Shown: one piece after another, positions 60,990 to 64,000 of the stretch
Layout: each line of letters opens with the position of its first letter
Position numbering within the stretch: position 1 is the stretch's first letter
Source: an uncultured bacterium
Lineage (GTDB): Bacteria; Babelota; Babeliae; Babelales; Vermiphilaceae
Direction: 5' to 3'
Assembly: GCA_963702025.1 (NCBI GenBank)
Contig: OY969699.1
Coordinates: 1,280,001-1,344,000, forward strand
DNA length: 64,000 bases
Program-made: the position numbers and the translations under genes
Notes under the pieces: model-generated
The model's input: only the letters and a program-made list of their open reading frames with translations
The model's database searches: none
What the model was told of the DNA's origin: nothing

Positions 60990-62297
60990 CTACTTTTTAA
61001 TGTTTAATCCCAGCCATTTATCAAGAATAATAGCCACTGCGGAACGAACTGATAAGTGATTATAATCAGTTAACCCTTCTAAAGGGGCCAATATATAGTC
61101 ACATTTTTCAAGGAGTGCAGGGCTCAATCCTTTGCCGGTGCCAAAAATAAGCACAACGGGCCGTTTTTGGGCCCATATCGTGCCCTGATCATGGAAAGTA
61201 ATCATTTTGTTCCCTTGACTTGGGCGAGCGGAGGTAGCTATCAGCAGTGGTTTTGCCCCCTCTTTGCGCTCAACATCAGCAAGAACAGCTTCAAGAGAAT
61301 CCTTGAGCTCAACATGTTTCACTGCATCATGCCTGCTGGCATTATATTCAACCCCGGTGCCTGTCTGCCAAAAATCAAGCAATTTTCTTACGATTTTTTG
61401 CTGGTCAAGCAAGGGGGTAACGATAAAATAATTTCGCAAACCATAGGTGCGTGATGAACGCGCGATATCATGAATATCAAGAGAAGTTACCGACGTGTTG
61501 CCCACGCGATCCCCTGCTGCATCAGCCACCACCACATCAGTATGCATAAGCACACTGTAATGAGACGGTAAAGCCTGTGCGACCAATCTCCTTTGTTCAA
61601 CATTCAATGGGCAAGCCGAAAGCCAATCCCAATGATTTTCTAGCGTTCGCTCGATTGCCATGCGTACGCGCCACTGCTCAATGAGTGCATGATTGCCCGA
61701 TCGGAGAACCTCAGGAACCTCTTTATCCTGCCAGATAGCCGGCATAGTATATTCAGGATAATCAACAAACGGCCCCGAGAATGAATCACGTTGTACCGAT
61801 TCTTGCTTGCCAACCACGCCGGGTAATAATCGCAAGAGCCCTTCGAGCAAAATCATTGCCGGTAGATCACCGCCCATCAGCACAAAATCACCGATGGAAA
61901 TAACCTGATCAGCATAAACCTGCTCCACGCGATCATCCATTCCTTCATACCGAGCGGGAATAAGCATTAAATGTTTTTTTTCCTGAACCTGCTGGGCAAT
62001 CTCTTTGAGCAGATTCTGGTCAAGCTTTTTGCCATGGGGCGAGAAAAAGATTTTATACGCGCTGCCATGAGCCTGTTCTTGCGCCTCGATTGCCTTTTGC
62101 ACCACTTCAGGCTTAATGAGCATACCCGCGCCATGGCCAAAGGTAGGAGAATCGATGCGTTCTTTAGGTGCAACAACAGAAAAAAAATCGGCCAGATTAA
62201 ACTGGACCAATTTTTGTTCCTGCGCACGACGCACTAAACTCGTTTCAAGAAACGGTGTATAGAGTTGCGGGAAAACGGAGAGAATGGATATGTTCAT
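60990..62297 (-). CDS. trmD: tRNA (guanine-N1)-methyltransferase TrmD fused to a C-terminal SPOUT methyltransferase domain (DUF2168-like)
   Basis: RYEGMDDR, SIGDFVLMGG, DYPEYT, SGNH; C-terminal DIHDIARSSRTYG, FGTGKGL, YNHLSVRSA. Confidence 0.93.
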   Translation of the reverse strand: MNISILSVFPQLYTPFLETSLVRRAQEQKLVQFNLADFFSVVAPKERIDSPTFGHGAGMLIKPEVVQKAIEAQEQAHGSAYKIFFSPHGKKLDQNLLKEIAQQVQEKKHLMLIPARYEGMDDRVEQVYADQVISIGDFVLMGGDLPAMILLEGLLRLLPGVVGKQESVQRDSFSGPFVDYPEYTMPAIWQDKEVPEVLRSGNHALIEQWRVRMAIERTLENHWDWLSACPLNVEQRRLVAQALPSHYSVLMHTDVVVADAAGDRVGNTSVTSLDIHDIARSSRTYGLRNYFIVTPLLDQQKIVRKLLDFWQTGTGVEYNASRHDAVKHVELKDSLEAVLADVERKEGAKPLLIATSARPSQGNKMITFHDQGTIWAQKRPVVLIFGTGKGLSPALLEKCDYILAPLEGLTDYNHLSVRSAVAIILDKWLGLNIKK

Positions 62298-62302
62298 GTA
62301 AT

Positions 62303-62551
62303 TTATTTCGCCGCGCCTTCTTTATACTGGCGATGCAATTTTTTTACGGTCTCAGATTCTTGCGCACCAACTGAAAGCCAGTAATTAATGCGATCTTCGT
62401 GGAAATGCACCAACTTGCTGTTGAGCATATCATAGGTACCAAGATCTTCTAAACAAGCCCCATCACGTTTTTTGCGTGAATCAAGCGCCACAATGCGCGC
62501 AAAGGGAGCATTTTTTTTACCAATACGTTGTAAACGAATTTTGACTGCCAT
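62303..62551 (-). CDS. rpsP: 30S ribosomal protein S16
   Basis: MAVKIRL.R.GKK, DSR..RDG, WLSVGAQ. Confidence 0.97.
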   Translation of the reverse strand: MAVKIRLQRIGKKNAPFARIVALDSRKKRDGACLEDLGTYDMLNSKLVHFHEDRINYWLSVGAQESETVKKLHRQYKEGAAK

Positions 62552-62608
62552 GCAATCATCCTTATGATATTTAAAATAGAAAAATTTTTAAAATGGATTA
62601 CTTAAAAT

Positions 62609-62700
62609 ATGGTTCGATACGATTGCTACGCAATCACTCACCACGAGCGGCACACCTAGGCCCGCTCGCCCTGAGTAGCAGTTTACTGCGTATCGAAGGG
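62609..62700. repeat. Inverted doublet of family-1 hairpins between ffh and rpsP
   Basis: 62609-62650 and 62662-62700. Confidence 0.85.
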
Positions 62701-62724
62701 TCTTTTTAATAAATATACCAATTT

Positions 62725-64000
62725 TTATTTAGGAAAGCCGGGAAAACGCCCAAACTTCTTTAAAAGTTTAACATATTGCTGGCTTTGTTCAAATCGTTCC
62801 AGCAAAAGATTTATATCATTAACCTGTACCCCCGCCCCTTTGGCTATTCTTTTTTTACGAGAAGCATCCAAAATACGGGGAAGAATCCGCTCTTTAGGGG
62901 TCATTGAACTGATAATTGCGTTAAATCTCTTGAGTTCAGCCTCCCCCTTTTGGATCATTTCAGGAGAAAAAGCAGGATTAGCTGCCCCCGGCATATACTT
63001 GACTATTTGCGAAAGGGAACCCATTTTTTGGACCATTTTCATCTGATCGGCAAAATCTTGCAGGGTAATCTGCCCCTTGTTAAAGGCCTTTTTCAAGGAG
63101 TCTTGTTCAGATTGCTTTATTTTTTCATTCGCTCTTTCCATCAACGTGGCAATATCGCCCATCCCCAAAATGCGCCCTGCCAAACGTTCAGGATAGAGGC
63201 GCTCAAGATCGGCTATCTTCTCTCCCGACCCCACAAAAACGATCGGCTTTTTGAGCGCGTAACGGAAGGCAAAAGCTGCCCCGGCGCGTGTATCGCTATC
63301 CAATTTTGTTAAGACAGCCGCATCAAAACCAACTGCTTGATTAAAACTTTGAGCCACTGAGAGCGATTCTTGACCCGTCATCGCATCCAACACGAGCAGT
63401 TTATACTTTGGTTTAAGCAGTTTATCTATCACCTTGAGCTGTTCCAACATCTCCTGGTCAACATGCAAGCGCCCTGCTGTATCAAGAAATAGCAATTCAA
63501 AAAGTTCTTTTTGGTAATACGCAAAAATCTCTTGTGCCGCTTTAACCGGATCAGTATTTTGAGCCCGATAAAAGGTGACGCCTGGAATCTGCTTTGCGAG
63601 AATTTCTAGTTGATCAATGGCAGCGGGCCGGTAAAAATCTACCGATGCAAGTAAAATTCTGCGCGATTTACCCTTGGCTTGCGATTCGGTTGTCACTAAG
63701 TTTGCCATCTTGGCAATCGAGGTTGTTTTACCCGACCCTTGCAGGCCCATCACCATCACCACTGATGGTAATTGAAAAGTAAAAGGCACCGCATCTTGAC
63801 CACCCAAAAAAGATTTTAAGCGATCATGCACCACTTTAATTAATTGCTCAGCAGGTTTTAAAGAAGTGAGCACTTTTTGGCCCACTACTTCATTTTTAAT
63901 ATCATTGCAAAAGGTCTCAACCAATGAAAGCGGCACATCGGCCTCTATAAGGGCATCCTTCACTTTGGCAAGCACATCGGCAACATCATTTTCTGTTAAG
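62725..64000 (-). CDS. ffh: Signal recognition particle protein Ffh (start beyond window end)
   Basis: GLQGSGKTT, DTAGR, DAMTGQ, TKLD, RILGMGD, SMTPKER; frame is open to the edge (LTENDVADV...). Confidence 0.98.
   Translation of the reverse strand, partial: LTENDVADVLAKVKDALIEADVPLSLVETFCNDIKNEVVGQKVLTSLKPAEQLIKVVHDRLKSFLGGQDAVPFTFQLPSVVMVMGLQGSGKTTSIAKMANLVTTESQAKGKSRRILLASVDFYRPAAIDQLEILAKQIPGVTFYRAQNTDPVKAAQEIFAYYQKELFELLFLDTAGRLHVDQEMLEQLKVIDKLLKPKYKLLVLDAMTGQESLSVAQSFNQAVGFDAAVLTKLDSDTRAGAAFAFRYALKKPIVFVGSGEKIADLERLYPERLAGRILGMGDIATLMERANEKIKQSEQDSLKKAFNKGQITLQDFADQMKMVQKMGSLSQIVKYMPGAANPAFSPEMIQKGEAELKRFNAIISSMTPKERILPRILDASRKKRIAKGAGVQVNDINLLLERFEQSQQYVKLLKKFGRFPGFPK

Noticed and set aside
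1..64000. Prophage, integron, rRNA or alternative genetic code
   Set aside because: No integrase, phage structural genes, attC-like arrays or rRNA seen; conserved genes end normally at TGA, TAG or TAA under code 11

Overview
AT-rich bacterial chromosomal segment. Its lineage is most likely Dependentiae (TM6/Babelota) or a similar protist-associated parasite; this is inferred from the signal-peptide ankyrin proteins, the many secreted orphan genes and the trimmed core operons. The core is a fused str-S10-spc-alpha ribosomal supercluster (rpsL..rplQ, 25678-44810, minus strand, no rpmD). Other housekeeping genes include secD, serS, hemW, HU, tatD, RNase HI, gap, nfo, pgm, sbcC, rseP, rplM, pepP, recR, yidC, murC and rplS-trmD-rpsP-ffh, plus three tRNAs. 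Small islands of secreted or effector-like genes lie between them. The main signals not shown by the ORF track are: (1) about 17 intergenic REP-like hairpins in two related subfamilies built on GNA triloops and GNA/GNA internal loops, four of which bracket a small frameshifted GIY-YIG nuclease gene, suggesting a REP/RAYT-like system run by a GIY-YIG enzyme; (2) all three tRNAs have such a hairpin starting exactly at their encoded CCA; (3) an IS630 that splits a hidden M50-type peptidase gene; (4) a displaced, synonymously diverged copy of the sbcC 3' end beyond an inserted ankyrin gene; (5) a secreted ankyrin/BC-box-like effector operon built by tandem duplication.
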